A DNA stretch of 63,766 bases, filler included, from Dugesia japonica (Eukaryota), in NCBI GenBank assembly GCA_001938525.1. It is 6 parts of 6 records of this genome, joined end to end, with 100 filler letters (N's around TTAATTAATTAA, not from the genome) between each part and the next. Parts side by side here need not be neighbours in the genome. Positions count along the whole stretch, not along the records: positions 8,952 to 19,427 come from MQRL01240505.1; positions 19,528 to 31,160 come from MQRL01584918.1; 4 more parts are not named here. One strand, given 5' to 3'. Shown one piece after another: positions 14,200 to 27,457 of the stretch (positions are counted from its first letter, which is position 1; every line of letters begins with the position of its first letter). Both the position numbers and the translations under genes were made by a program. The notes beneath the pieces are model-generated. The model worked only from the letters and a program-made list of their open reading frames with translations. It made no database searches and had not been told where the DNA came from.

Positions 14200-15260
14200 A
14201 AACCACAACGGCAGGCTGATATTATTGAACCACCACAGAAAAGTGAAAATTTATATTTTTTCAAATGCTTCGTCAATTGCATTAAGTTACGCTGAAAGTT
14301 GAATAACCTAAACAATGAAAACAGACGTGATGATAGAAGAATTGATGATAAATAAGATAGCAAAAATACATTGTAAAACTAATAAAATTTCCAAGAACTT
14401 TGAAAATATCAGGTTGATGCTTGTGACACTGTTTTTGAGGTTCATTTGAAAAATGCAAATTCGAATATCACTTGTATAAGTAAGACGAACAAATCAATTA
14501 ATTGAGGCATGTTAAGACGTCATCAATCAAATTATTTTAGTTCTGATTAAAGGAGTGAAATATTTTTCAGTAGTATTTGATGAAACAGTGAATGTTTCTA
14601 TTATTTCACAACTTTCGATAGTGGTGGTGTATGTTTATAATAAGAAAAGATATGAAGATTTCTTAAAATTTGTTAATATTCACGAGTCAAGTTTTGTAAA
14701 CCAAGACGTTATGTAGGAAACAAAAATGAGTTGAAAACTTCTCGGGAAAATAGTTGTAAGAAAACTGGAATAATTTGGCTTGGATTTTGATTTTTGTATT
14801 GGTATAAGAACTGATGGATGCTCGGTGGTGACATCTGAAAAAGCAGGTTCGTGAATGAAATTCAAAACAAGCTGAAAATGTTCTACATCATCCTTGCTAT
14901 AACTATAGTTNAAATTTGTTGATTTCGATATCATCAAATGTCAATGAGTATTCAAAATAATATTGGAGTAATTAAGGAAACAATTTCATTTTTAGAGTGT
15001 TAGTTGAGTCACTTTGTGAGAGGAAAGATTTGCAAAACTAAGTGGATCGAATTTTCAACAGGTTCTGAGAACCTAATAGTCGTTTTAGATAAAATCTCTG
15101 AATGGGCTGATATCAGTGCTTCAAATAAAGCTAAAATTTTGACGGAGTTTAACTAAATTTGATTTTCTAATTTCGTTTCATTGCCAGGTTTCTATTCTTC
15201 AATTATTTTTACCTTTGAGAAAAATATTTCAAAAATCTTCCAAACATAAGAGAAAATTGT
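14200..15260 (+). pseudogene. hAT transposase remnant (ZMYM1/DUF4371, Tip100-like)
   Basis: FSVVFDETVNVSIISQLSIVVVYV...EDFLKFV (first catalytic D), CIGIRTDGCSVV (second D), HPCYNYSLNL (decayed CxxH region); multiple stops. Confidence 0.75.
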
Positions 15261-15464
15261 AATTCCCAGTTTTCTAAAATTTTCAATTATAGCTAAACTA
15301 GCTAATATGCTGTGTACGTATTCTAGGATTTAGAACTACCAACAATTCACTGGAACGAACAATTCGAATATTGAATAGTTAAATAATAAAATATTGTATC
15401 TTGTGGTTATAAAATCAATCCATTAATTAACAGTTAATTAACTAAATGAAATTCATTAAAAATT

Positions 15465-16450
15465 GTTGCGGTTTTTTGTGCAGATGTTGTATCTGATAGA
15501 CTTGTCCGTGAATGGTTCAATCGATTTCGCTCTGGAAATTTTGACGTCAAAGACGCACCTCGTTCTGGCCGGCCAACATGTCGATCAAATCATTCAGAAG
15601 GTGGAGGAAGACAGGCATACAGGTAGCCGTGAAATCTCAGAAGACCTCGGTATTCATCATCAAACCATTTTAAACCATTTAGAGAAAGCTGGTGGTTTAA
15701 AAAGATACTGGATGTTTGTATTCAGCATGATTTAACACGGAAAAATTTAATAGACCGAATTTCAATATGCCAAACATTATGAAAAGAAACCTTTTCGATC
15801 CATTTTTGAAACATCTTATTACGTGTGATGAAAAGTGTATCAAATACGAGAACAATGTGAAACAACGATCTTGGACAAAACGTAGCAAATCCGAAATTGA
15901 CACCAAGGAAGGTCATGCTCTGCATCTGGTGGAATTACAAAGGAATTATCTACCAAGAAATACTCCAATCAGGTCAAACTGTTGACTCTGTTCTCTACTA
16001 TCAACAATTATCAAGAGTACATCAGGCAATTGAAATAAAACGGTCAGAATTGGTCAATAGGAAAGACGTTGTGTTTCACCATGACAACGTAAGACCACAT
16101 GTGTCTTTGATGACTCAGAAAAAAGTAAGGGATCTTGGTTGGGAAGTTTTGTTGCATTCCCCATATAGTCCTGATATTGCACCGCCCGACTATCATTTAT
16201 TTCGTTCACTGCAGAACTTCCTTGATGGTGTAAAATTGAATTCAAAAGAGGACATCGAAAGCCACTTCACTCAGTTTTTCAGCGAAAAATTAGAGAAGTT
16301 CTACAGTGACAGAATTCTTGTTTTACCAAAGAAACGGCAAGACATTGTCGACCAAGATGGTGCATATGTAGTTTAATAAAGTTTTGAAATTGTGTTAGTA
16401 TTAGGTTTTTCATATTGCCGAAATCGACGGAAACTTTTTAGACAACCTAT
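15465..16450 (+). mobile_element. Mariner (DD34D) transposon, 5'-truncated and frameshifted
   Basis: WFNRFRSGNFDVKDAPRSGRP (HTH), ITCDEK, HHDNVRPH, SPYSPDIAPPDYHLF. The 3' TIR-like end ...GGAAACTTTTTAGACAACCTAT is followed by TA. Confidence 0.92.
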
Positions 16451-16477
16451 TATTTGATTTGTAGCTATCATCTAATT

Positions 16478-16725
16478 CAGTGGTGGACAAACCTTTTCAA
16501 ACCATGATACACCTAAGTAAATTTAATTGTTTGCAATTTAAAGTAGTACCAAAAACATTTATTTAAATGTTTATGGAAAAATTGAGTAAAACATAAGAAA
16601 TGACAGAAAGCATAAAAGTAAAATCTTAGTATTCTTAAAATCAATACGATATATGGGCTTGGCATTGTGAACAGTATTTTTTAATTTTTAAACTATTTTC
16701 GCGACACCCTTTTTGCTCACCACTG
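16478..16725. mobile_element. hAT (Charlie-like) MITE
   Basis: TIRs CAGTGGTGGACAAA / TTTGCTCACCACTG with a perfect 8-bp TSD ATCTAATT (16470-16477 and 16726-16733). Confidence 0.9.
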
Positions 16726-16981
16726 ATCTAATTTAATATGAATTATTTTGAATTATTCTTTTTTATCATTTCATTTATGCTTAATTTGTCCGCTTCATTA
16801 TTGTTGTATGATTATTTTTGGATTTTCTAATTTCGATTTTTGTACTTTATTGTTAGTTTTTTTAAGTATAATAATTTTAAATCTTTCTATTATTAATGTA
16901 TTTTATAATTTTTCATCTTTTTTTTGATAACTATTATTACTTATAATTATTTTTTTAATTGAGTAACATTTTAAATTCTAG

Positions 16982-17502
16982 GTCATTTGGTTCAAAGGAT
17001 CAACACACGCGACAGTTAATAGAAAATTTGTAAAATTCATATTTGAGTCCCCTAAATCAAAACTTATTTCAAAAACATTACAAAATACAAAATTTCTAAA
17101 TTAACAATTTTTTGCGACACTTAATTATAATGCTCAATTAAAAATTTCTGGTTCCTATATTGGTTATCCTGATGAAATGTTACCTGTGTAACATCCATCA
17201 GTGTATTTCTTAACAACATAAGTTATTCAAACGAATGTAGTTGTCAAGGTAATTACCACGTAAATGCTAAGTGTATATTGGGAATAAAGGATTTACCAAA
17301 TTTGATCAACGCTCCACANTTATTTGCCACTCGATTTTATATCAATTTTCATCCTTCTGTCTTTTTGTGTTTGAAGAAATGGTTTAACAGCAAAGTTGAA
17401 GGAGAAATGTTATCTGGTCAAGTATTGGTCAATGAATCATTTTATGCTTCTATGCCATTTGTAAAATATCAATACATTCCTCCAATTAGTCAAAACACAT
17501 GA
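16982..17502 (+). pseudogene. Core-2/I-branching beta-1,6-GlcNAc transferase (GT14, GCNT-like) terminal exon, disrupted
   Basis: After an AG acceptor: WFKGSTHATVNRKFV...QFFATLNYN..ISGSYIGYP...CILGIKDLPNL..LFATRF..CL. In-frame TAA at 17102, at the conserved PDE position, plus a frameshift. Confidence 0.75.
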
Positions 17503-17960
17503 ATTACCATTACAAACTTCATTTTCTGTTATATTGATAATGAAATCATTTTAATGAATATATATTATTTATTTATTTATTTATTTTTCTTATTCACTAA
17601 TTTTCAAAATTAGCTCAACAATAGATCAAAAAAGCAGTCGAATTAGATTTAAAAAATCCTATTAGTAATGGAATTAATCGAAAAGTAATCATTAAAATTA
17701 TGACAGTAAGTGCTATAGCTCAGAAAACTAGATATTGTATGTATAAAGAATTCAAAAATAGAAATAAATACTAATTTTTTTTATAGTATAAAAGATTAGT
17801 TTTCATTCATGATCCATCTAGAAATACGTTCATAGAAACTTTGTAATAATTTGATTTGTCATCTCTAGACGAATTTTTGGAAAACATTTGGTGAATCTAC
17901 CCTACTAAAAAGTGCCTTCATGCAATAGGAAAAAATCGTGAGCAAAATGTGGCTGATAAA

Positions 17961-17993
<33 letters not shown>

Positions 17994-19527
17994 AACTTTT
18001 TAGTAAATTACTTCAGTAAGAAAATAAAATAAAAATTGATAGTGTAATACGATTAAATGAATATCTAAAACAACATTGTTTTACACAAGTAAATATCTAT
18101 AAAAGATTGTAAAAATCACCAAGACATATTCAATTCTTGGACCAGATTAACTAAATGGCTTCTGTATTAGTGGTATTACCAATATCCGAATATTTCGAAA
18201 AATTAAAAAAACAATTTCTACCTCCATAGATTAAAATTTTTTAAAAGAATTATTATAATAAGTATAAATCTAAAGCCTAATAAAACCTGAAGACAGGATT
18301 TAAGATTTCTAGCACAAATTACATTGTTAAAAATAATCAAGACTTAAATAATGTTTTTAAACAAATATCATTATATAAAAAAAGCAAATTTTGTGATATA
18401 TAGAAACTTGGAAGTGTTGTGTTTCTCGGTTTTTGATGTTCTATACCAAATTTCTTGCATAACTCTAGTGAAGCTGATTCGCCTTCACTTTTTCCACTAG
18501 CCTCTCAATATATTTAGGGTATGACCTAGGACCTACATGACTTCATATGAGATCCTCTTTTTTTTCAGATTCAGTGGGTCTTCGCAGTAACTCGTCTTTG
18601 TTGTTGAATCACTCATATGAGATCTCCTTAGCTCATTTCGTCTATCTGTCATTTTCATCAAACCCTTGGCATAACTCGACATACAACATTCAACCATTTA
18701 TTGTAATATACAACGGCTTTACTTTATACGACAATCCATCAATCCACATAGCCCTCTATATACAACCTATGTCTATTAAATTCTGTTATATACATTTAAA
18801 ACCACCAAGACAATATTATTTAATAAAATGTAAAACTATGTTAATTCAGTTCCGATCTAGTCCAAACCATACTTGAAGATAATCAAGTCTAAGTTAATTA
18901 GATTAGGTTGTGCTTGGATCAATATTTCATAATTGAACTAAAACCGACAACTATCAAATAAAATAAAACTAAATTAATCACCTTAAATTATATTTGGATC
19001 AATACTTTTAATATGACTAATACCTAAAACAATCAGGTTACGCNATACTCGTGTTAATATTTTAAAATAAAACTAAGTTAAATACATCAAGCTAAGCTAC
19101 ATCCAAATTCCAATGTTAAACGAAAATAAATTTCAAATGACATAAATTAGGATATATTAGTTAAGAACTACATTAAACACATACTGTAAAAGTAAATTAA
19201 AATTTAAATTGGTTAATTATATAATTAGTCTAATTTATTTTGATTTTTAAAATGAAACAAAAATTCAATCCAATCAATTTAAATTATATTGATTTTTAAA
19301 ATGAGAGGGCAATTTGAGTCAATCAATTCAATCTAATTAACCACTAAAAACAAGAAAAATTCTAAAACACTTAATCCGATTACGTAAAATCTCGATAACG
19401 AAGTGAATCCAATTGCATAATCTATGTNNNNNNNNNNNNNNNNNNNNNNNNNNNNNNNNNNNNNNNNNNNNTTAATTAATTAANNNNNNNNNNNNNNNNN
19501 NNNNNNNNNNNNNNNNNNNNNNNNNNN

Positions 19528-19555
19528 CGATCCGGTGTACACCTATCCCCCTACT
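19528..19555 (-). mobile_element. AGTAGG-family terminus (minus strand AGTAGGGGGATAGGTGTACAC)
   Basis: Reverse complement matches the termini at 11620 and 50544; lies at a contig edge. Confidence 0.6.
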
Positions 19556-21439
19556 AACAATAATTATTTATTAATATTAAATTATTCAATCTATATTTTT
19601 ACTTACTTTTGTAATTATTTGAACAGTATTTTTATTTAATATTTTCCGTGATAAGATAAAAAAAAATCACTAACACAATGAAAGATTTCCGATTTTCCGT
19701 TACAATCAGATGTAAGTGTTTTCAAATCAGAAGATTTAAAAATAATATTTGAAATTTTAATTTCCATTAACTTAAATTTATACTTTATCATTACAAAAAT
19801 TCATTTCTAATCATCATTACATAAATTTATTTAAATAATGAATTATTTGTATTGAGAAATTCTTTTAATTTTTGAATTCCCAAAACAGTAAAAACAGTTG
19901 AAAAAAACCAATCTGTTTTACTGTTACTGTTTAACAGTTTTGAAAAACCCTAGTGATAATTCATCATTGTTGTTTGGCGTGGATTTTCATGAGTTAACAC
20001 TTCGAGTAGTGGTGTCTATTAAAACTTCTAATAAAAAAGCATAGTAAAAGTATTTGATTAAACCCTTTAAGTAATGTTTTTGTAAAGAATTTTCGATATT
20101 TTCATAATGTCTCGAATATTGTCCATGTTGTTCAAGTAACAATTATTTAAATATATGAAACATTAAGTACATGTCCCAAAGATAACTATAATTTTGTTCT
20201 CAGATGATAATATCCAAGGGTTTTAAAATAAATAAGCCAAACAACAAGGATTTATGAATAAACAATTATTATTTAATATTGAGTTGTAATATAATTTTCC
20301 GTGATTTTATTTTTTATTGTAAATTTTTGTTTGTTTAACCACGTCATCCTATTAAAAAATAACATTTATTTGTGTGTTATGCAGAATCTCATAATTTTTT
20401 TGTGTTAGTAAGTTTAATTAAAATCTTAGAGCTTTTAGATTTGTCAAGTAAATAAAAAACAACATTATAGACATCTACTTTTATTCGTTTTTAATCGAGG
20501 CCTAAGATATTTGTGCTGTGTTCGGATAAGATGAAATAACCTGGAGTACTGCAAAGGATTGATTCATTAAGTTCCAAAATAGTATATTCAACCTTTTAAG
20601 ATACTAACAAATCCGGTCGACCAAGTGGCTCAACAAATTTTTTGAGACTAGGTCTAGTGAATAGTCTAGATCTGGCGTAATAGTGCCGACAGTATGATGG
20701 AAAAGTGAAAGCAGGTCATAAATAATGACGGAGATTACATTATTAATTAAATTGTTATTTTTGTAAAAATACTTGTTCTAAATAAATGTTTTAAATTATT
20801 TTAAAAATCACGGAAAATTATGTTACAACCCAATATTTACTAAATTTAAAATTACAGTAGTTATAATATGTATGTAAAGATAATATATGTAAATCAGTAA
20901 TTATGAAGTAATCCGAACCAATGAGGTATACAAACACTACTATATGAATGTGTGTCACCGACACTCTTTGTAAGATCTGGCACAAGGAAATTTGATTCAA
21001 TTATTTCCGGTATTTGAGTATTGCAAAGACAACTTGTAGCCGTGAAAAATAGTCGATTGAGCTAGGTTATATATTTAATAATGACATCCTTAAATTACAA
21101 ATCTTATGGAATTAAAACGTTGTAAAGCAATGAGTATATTGATTTCTAGACATCTTATTACTAAAAATTGTTACCCCAGTTAGAATATTTTTAATTGTAT
21201 TGTTTTGAGGACAACAAGTGCAAGCAATTATAAAAAATGATCAAATAAACAAACAAAATTTATTAAAAATTGTTTTAATATTTTATGAATTTTATAAAGT
21301 GTCTAGACTCTGGAATCTAGAGTCTAGATATTATATAATAACATCTATTTATAATTAAAGTTAAAAATAAAATAATTGGTAAATCATTTAAATTAATAAA
21401 TTATTAAAAAATAAGTAACGCCATTTAAAATAAAACTTC

Positions 21440-21484
21440 ATTCTTATATATTTAGACGGATTAACCGTCATCATCAGACAAAAA
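21440..21484 (-). ncRNA. Minimal type I hammerhead ribozyme (Penelope type), GAAA-to-UAAA variant
   Basis: Minus strand reads TTGT-CTGATGA-T-GACGG-TTAAT-CCGTC-tAAA-TATA-TA-AGAA. Confidence 0.7.
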
Positions 21485-22002
21485 TGAAATAAATGAATTT
21501 ATTCAGTCTGTATTATTCAAACCAAGATTAATGCGATTTTACTGAATATAAGAATTAATGTACAAGTATTAGTGTACTGGCAGCTCATTCTACTAAATTA
21601 ATTAAAAAATTTTTAAAAATCTTTTGGATAAAAAGTAATTTTGCAATTTTTATTGAAATCTTAATTACAAAATTTTTTGAGTAAATTTTAAAAAATTTTA
21701 TTGCTTCAAAGGTTTTCTATTTTATTTGTTTAAATAAATTTTAATTTTCATGTTTTAAAAAATTTTAATATAATATAAAATTAAAAAAAACCATTATATA
21801 TTTTGAAAAAATATCTTTGATTTTATAGGTAAAAGTAATAAAATATTATTATATAAATTAATTTTTTATTGAAAAGTTGTTAAAAATTTTAAAAATTAAG
21901 AATTTTATTTAAAAATTAAGAATTAAACCCGTCTTATATTCAGTTATTATCGCATTAATCTTTGCTTGAATAATACAGACTGAATAAACTCATTTATTTC
22001 AT

Positions 22003-22047
22003 TTTTGTATGATGATGACGGTTNATCCGTCGAAATATATAACAATA
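22003..22047 (+). ncRNA. Minimal type I hammerhead ribozyme (Penelope type), C3-to-A variant
   Basis: TTGT-aTGATGA-T-GACGG-TTNAT-CCGTC-GAAA-TATA-TA-ACAA: stem I UUGU/ACAA, 5-bp stem II, GAAA, palindromic short stem III, UA cleavage site. Confidence 0.75.
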
Positions 22048-23323
22048 AAGTTTTATTTTAAATGGCGTTACTTATTTTTTATTAAACATTTGCCATCGTT
22101 TTTTGCATATTTAATAAATTATTGTTTTAAATTTTAGAAAAATAATAAAAAATTAACCACTTCATTTCTGTGATTATGCAGCAAACACATTAAAACCAAA
22201 TATTCGAAGTTGTTAAATAAATTAAATTGACATTTAATGAAGTATAATGTTTCTAAAAAATAAAATTAATTTCAATTATAGATTGATTTTGTAATTAGTT
22301 TTGGCTTAGAATATTGATGAATATTGAAAAAAACATCTGCTTTATATCAACTTGTGCTTTCAGAATTAAAATGACATTGGTTTTGTAAATAATATGTAGA
22401 GCACTCATGTTGCATACATTCTAATAAAATAACAAACAAAATTTATTGATTGATTAAATTTGCAATTCGAGAATCGATTCATAAATATTAAGAGTTAATT
22501 AGTTTTCTTCAATGACTAACTAATCAAGTCTGTAATGAGATTATTTTGCAAACAAATTTATCTATAATCGATTGATTTTATAAAAATGCAGAAAAAAAAT
22601 TATTGATTTAATTTTATATTACTGAATATTATCTAATGGATTTTTGTTTTTATTAAGCGAAAATGACTTCTATAATACTCATATCGCATTAAATTTCTTT
22701 TAATTAAACAGTCATATTTCTACAAAATTTCAGAAAAACATTTAATAAAGTTCACTTTATAAATATAAACATAGAAATAATATACTAATAACATAGATGT
22801 AATGTAATGTTTCCTTTTTATTAAAATTGAGAAACCAGTGAAATATTATTTTTAGTGTTTTGTTGGAAAATTTGCAAACCATTGAAGCAACCGATACGTT
22901 AAGAAGACAAAACAAAGCTGTCAAAAAATTTTTTCGGCCAGTGCATAAAAAAGTTATATTTGTAATGAAAAAAATATAGAAAGGTAGTTAGGTTGTGCCT
23001 AGATATTTGGAAATTGAATGCAATTATAGGACATAGATTTAGGATAGATAGAAAACATTACATCACTGACCTATCCAATCGATTTGAGCTCAAAACGTGG
23101 ACCAGGTAGAACAGTGACGATGATGAGGCCGCCTTCAATTTTGCGAATGGCGAACCCTCCCTGTGGCATGACCCAGAGGCATTAAACTATATGTAATTAG
23201 ATGAAAAATAAAATACTTTGTTTACAAGTTATTGTTAACTTCGTTTTACATTTAATAAGTTGAATTAATGGGGAAATATTGAACCCGAATAAAAGGATGT
23301 GCAAGTGCGTACTCCAAATAAGA

Positions 23324-23480
23324 GTTGGGAGTCAACCACTTCACCTCGAAAACCTAATAATGGACATTAGGTAAATTCTTGAAAGGGACCCCTGAGGTCT
23401 GCCTTTTCCCCCAGACATGTTTTTCTACACCAAACTCAGGTGGAACCCCAACATTATTATTATTATTATTATTATTATTA
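23324..23480 (+). repeat. Dispersed repeat, copy 2, ending in an (ATT)n tail; possible non-LTR retroelement/SINE 3' end
   Basis: Homology to 6885-7012; a microsatellite tail follows ...GGAACCCCAAC directly. Confidence 0.6.
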
Positions 23481-24348
23481 NNNNNNNNNNNNNNNNNNNN
23501 NNNNNNNNNNNNNNNNNNNNNNNNNNNNNNTTATTATTATTGAAATAATTTTTATTTTTACAATTAAAATTTTTAAAATTATTTTTAGTAACATTTATAA
23601 CTTGAGCGTTACAGACCAATTTATAAACATTCAAACACCGGAAATTATATATAGAGATTTTTTAAATTTGTAAAAAATACGAACGAAAGTGAAAAATAAA
23701 TTTTTATTTTTAAAGTACCTAATATAAAACATTTGCAGACAAATTCACACACGTGAGAAATTATATATTAGATTTTTTAAATTTTAAATTTTTCTGGATT
23801 TTAATTATTACAAAAAAAATAAATAAAATTTTGTGAAATTTAAATTGTTACGTAATATTAAGCGATTCAGACAAATTCACAGACGTATAAAATTATATAT
23901 TAGCCAAGTACAGACATGTGTAAACGGAAAAATAACGTCAAGAAGATTGAACAAATGAAGAATATAGAAACGATATTATGTTAGAGAATTTGACTAGGTT
24001 AAGATGTAATAAATAATAATAAATGGTAGTTGTGAGATATTCTGTTTTTGAATAGTTTGAGTTTTGTTAATTAATTAATTTGTAGATTATTATTTTTAAA
24101 TTAGTTATTAGTTTTCGTTTGAATATTAAGCAGAATTTTGTGTGATTTAAAAATCTAGTTGTTAATTATTAAACAGAACTAATTTAGGAATTATCTATTT
24201 ATTTAAGAATCCTTCAGTGAATTAATTTTTGTATATAATTGTTACGTAAGTTTTTTATATTTTTAATTGTAACCTCGTTTGTTAAATTAATATTACTGTT
24301 TCAATTCTGTTGTAGTTTTTATTTAAATATATATTATCCAAAAATCAA

Positions 24349-24495
24349 AGTAATAAAATTAAAATTTAATGCAATTAAAATAATATTAAAATTTGGATTT
24401 ATTATTATTATAATAATAATAATAATATAATGATAATAATAATAAATCCAAATTTTAATATCATTTTAATTGCATTAAATTTTAATTTTATTACT
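24349..24495. repeat. Near-perfect hairpin, about 62-bp arms with an (AAT)n loop
   Basis: 24349-24411 is the reverse complement of 24433-24495 with about one mismatch. Confidence 0.85.
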
Positions 24496-26674
24496 GTTTC
24501 TAAATATAAATTGTTAAATGATTGATTGAACAGCATCCAGTCTAACAAATTATAAGTATTCAATACTTGACCAACGAAATAATACAAACAAGGTTAATTT
24601 CTAACATTGAAATTATTAATTTAGTATTCTAAATCGTTTAACATTTGAATAACACACCGAACTACTGTATCCTGATGATGATTATTTGGCGCCGAAACAT
24701 AATTAAATGTGTCTATTTTCTTATTGATATATTCATAACATCTGGTTTAACATGAAATAAATTTGTTAAGAAAGATTTGATGTTACATGGTTTTACTGTT
24801 AAATACAATTTTCAAAATTTTGAATTCAAAATACTTATTTAAATGTTATTTTGGTAAATATATTATTGATTTATGTAATTATTTGTAATACTCGATTTAA
24901 GAATTACAAAATCGCTCTTATAGTTGTAAAATCTTGGATTGGGTTCAATGAAAAATATAAAATAATCAAGTAAAATTTTGTAAATTAAGAAAACTCGATT
25001 TAAAGAAATAGTTTTTGGAATTAAATTATTATCTTTTAAAATATCGTCAACAATGTATTATCGTATACTAAGATGTAATTCCTTAATGAATGGTGTAGCA
25101 GTTTTCAAATTCTAATTTGCTTTCAGAACCGTATTTTACATATTGCCATTAGTATTATTAATTATTTTTAAAGGCACACTTTTCTCCAAGTTTGTCATTT
25201 TTTATCATATTTATTTCAAATGATAAACAATATCTCAATAATAAACTTTATTTCCATCAAGGTTACTATTACAATAAAATTTACGATAATTAAATAAATG
25301 TACAATTAATAAATTATTAATAATGATACAATAAGTTACAATGATCAATTTGAATTAATTAATATTGCAAATAATTTACAAGAACACAATTAGAATATCA
25401 AGTACTTTACGAAAAATTTACAATACAATTAAAATAACAAGTAGAATTTCTAACTTACAGTTGCTGATTTTTACACAATATTAGTTTCGACTACACAATT
25501 AACGGAATTAAACAAGAATTCTGTCATCTTTCCTTTTTTTATTTTATGTCAATACATTTATTATTTCTTTAATTTCATTGTAAAAGAAATATTCTTCATT
25601 AATTTATGCACAGTTACAAACATGATATATATTATAGATATCATTATATGAAATAAATTANNNNNNNNNNNNNNNNNNNNNNNNNNNNNNNNNNNNNNNN
25701 NNNNNNNNNNAATTTACGATAATTAAATAAATGTACAATTAATAAATTATTAATAATGATACAATAAGTTACAATGATCAATTTCAATTAATTAATATTG
25801 CAAATAAGTTACAAGAACACAATTAGAATAACAAGTACTTTACGAACAATTTACAATACAATTAAAATAACAAGTAGAATTTCTAACTTACAGTTGCTGC
25901 TTTTTACACAATATTAGTTTCGACTACACAATTAACGGAATTAAACAAGAATTCTGTCATCTTTCCTTTTTTTTTATTTTATGTCAATACATTTATTATT
26001 TCTTTAATTTCATTGTAAAAAAAATATTCTTCATTAATTTATGCACAGTTACAAACATGATATATATTATAGATATCATTATATGAAATAAATTAAAATT
26101 CGATAAACTAAATTAATAATAATTCAAATAGTTTACAAACAAATTTTGTTAACAATTGTAACAATCGTAAATTTATTTTAAACAATAAACAAATTTGATT
26201 TATTATTAATTATAGATACACTGGTATTGTAACTTTCCTATATTTCCAATGTTTTCTAAATTTTATTTACAATCAACTTTATTATTTACTGTTGTTATTG
26301 TTAGTGAACATATTTAACACTAATTACCCACCGATTGTTGTATAAATAATGTTATTGCGGCTAAAGGCTAATATGTTAATATTTCGCTCATGAAAACAAC
26401 GCACAATGAAATTATAACTGCTAAGCTGTTTATTTTATTTAAAGTTTTGACAGATTAAAATATATGCATCAAAAAAGAAACAATTTTTTATAATCCTAAA
26501 TGAAAGTTTAAAAATGTTTGATTAAATTGGTTCAGTGGAATAATATAAATGAAAAATAATTATAAAAAAAATTTGATAAACTGAAAATAATAAAAATTTA
26601 TTTTCCTTTACTATTAAATTTATCAAATTTTTAATTTTGATGAATTGAATTAATAATAATAATAAGTCCTATTT

Positions 26675-26925
26675 ATTAGGTCTAGAAGTTAATTTTGCGG
26701 ATTTTTTTAAAAGTCAAAATACATGTTTATGTAACACAAATTTAATAAAAAATTTAATTAGAATATTTTCCGTCATTAGCAGCAATATTTCGCCAAATTT
26801 CTGGTAACTTCGTAAAAAAAATTTTCTTCCTTAGACAAGATGCATTCCTCAAGCCATTTTTCTATGTCCTTGTAATTCTCGAAGCATTTTCTAGTGAGTG
26901 CGGCTGCCATAGATCGAAGTATTAT
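26675..26925 (-). mobile_element. Mariner 3' remnant
   Basis: LRSMAAALTRKCFENYKDIEKWLEECILSKEENFF matches the mariner C-terminus downstream of the last D; TIR-like TTAGGTCTAGAAGTTAA near 26675. Confidence 0.6.
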
Positions 26926-27457
26926 AGTTAACTTAAAGTTAGTTTCTTTTTTTAGCTGAAATTGATTTGAGTGATTAGTTAATTCAATTAACGGCCATAT
27001 ATCCTTAACTCGTCTATGCATATAAGATTTTGGGTTGAACCAATTTCGTAATATTTTGTCCTTGAAGTTGTGATTTATTTTATTTTATGCGTGGATATTT
27101 ATACTCTCTTTGAGTCTTATAGATATCCTGTTATTTTGATGATTTAATTTGAAATTTAATTCCATTTTTGATAAACTGATTTGATTTGATGAAAAATATT
27201 CTATTTTTCTATTATTTATTGTTAATTTTATTATGATTATTATTATTATAATTATTATTATTATNNNNNNNNNNNNNNNNNNNNNNNNNNNNNNNNNNNN
27301 NNNNNNNNNNNNNNNNNNNNNNNNNNNNNNNNNNNNNNNNNNNNNNNNNNNNNNNNNNNNNNNNNNNNNNNNNNNNNNNNNNNNNNNNNNNNNNNNNNNN
27401 NNNNNNNNNNNNNNNNNNNNNNNNNNNNNNNNNNNATTTAAATTGAAATCATTTTAG

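Larger units (their letters stand above)
21401..22085. mobile_element. Inverted-repeat element: arms 21401-21553 and 21932-22085 around an AT-rich spacer; probable Penelope-like pLTR derivative
   Basis: The arms are reverse complements with roughly 90 percent identity by eye, and each holds a hammerhead motif. Confidence 0.8.

Noticed and set aside
11620-19555. Pairing the 11620 and 19555 termini as one element
   Set aside because: Flanks GACGAA and AACAAT do not form a TSD, and a contig linker intervenes.
25278-26097. About 385-bp direct duplication
   Set aside because: The two near-identical copies abut a 50-N gap; most likely unmerged allelic contig ends.
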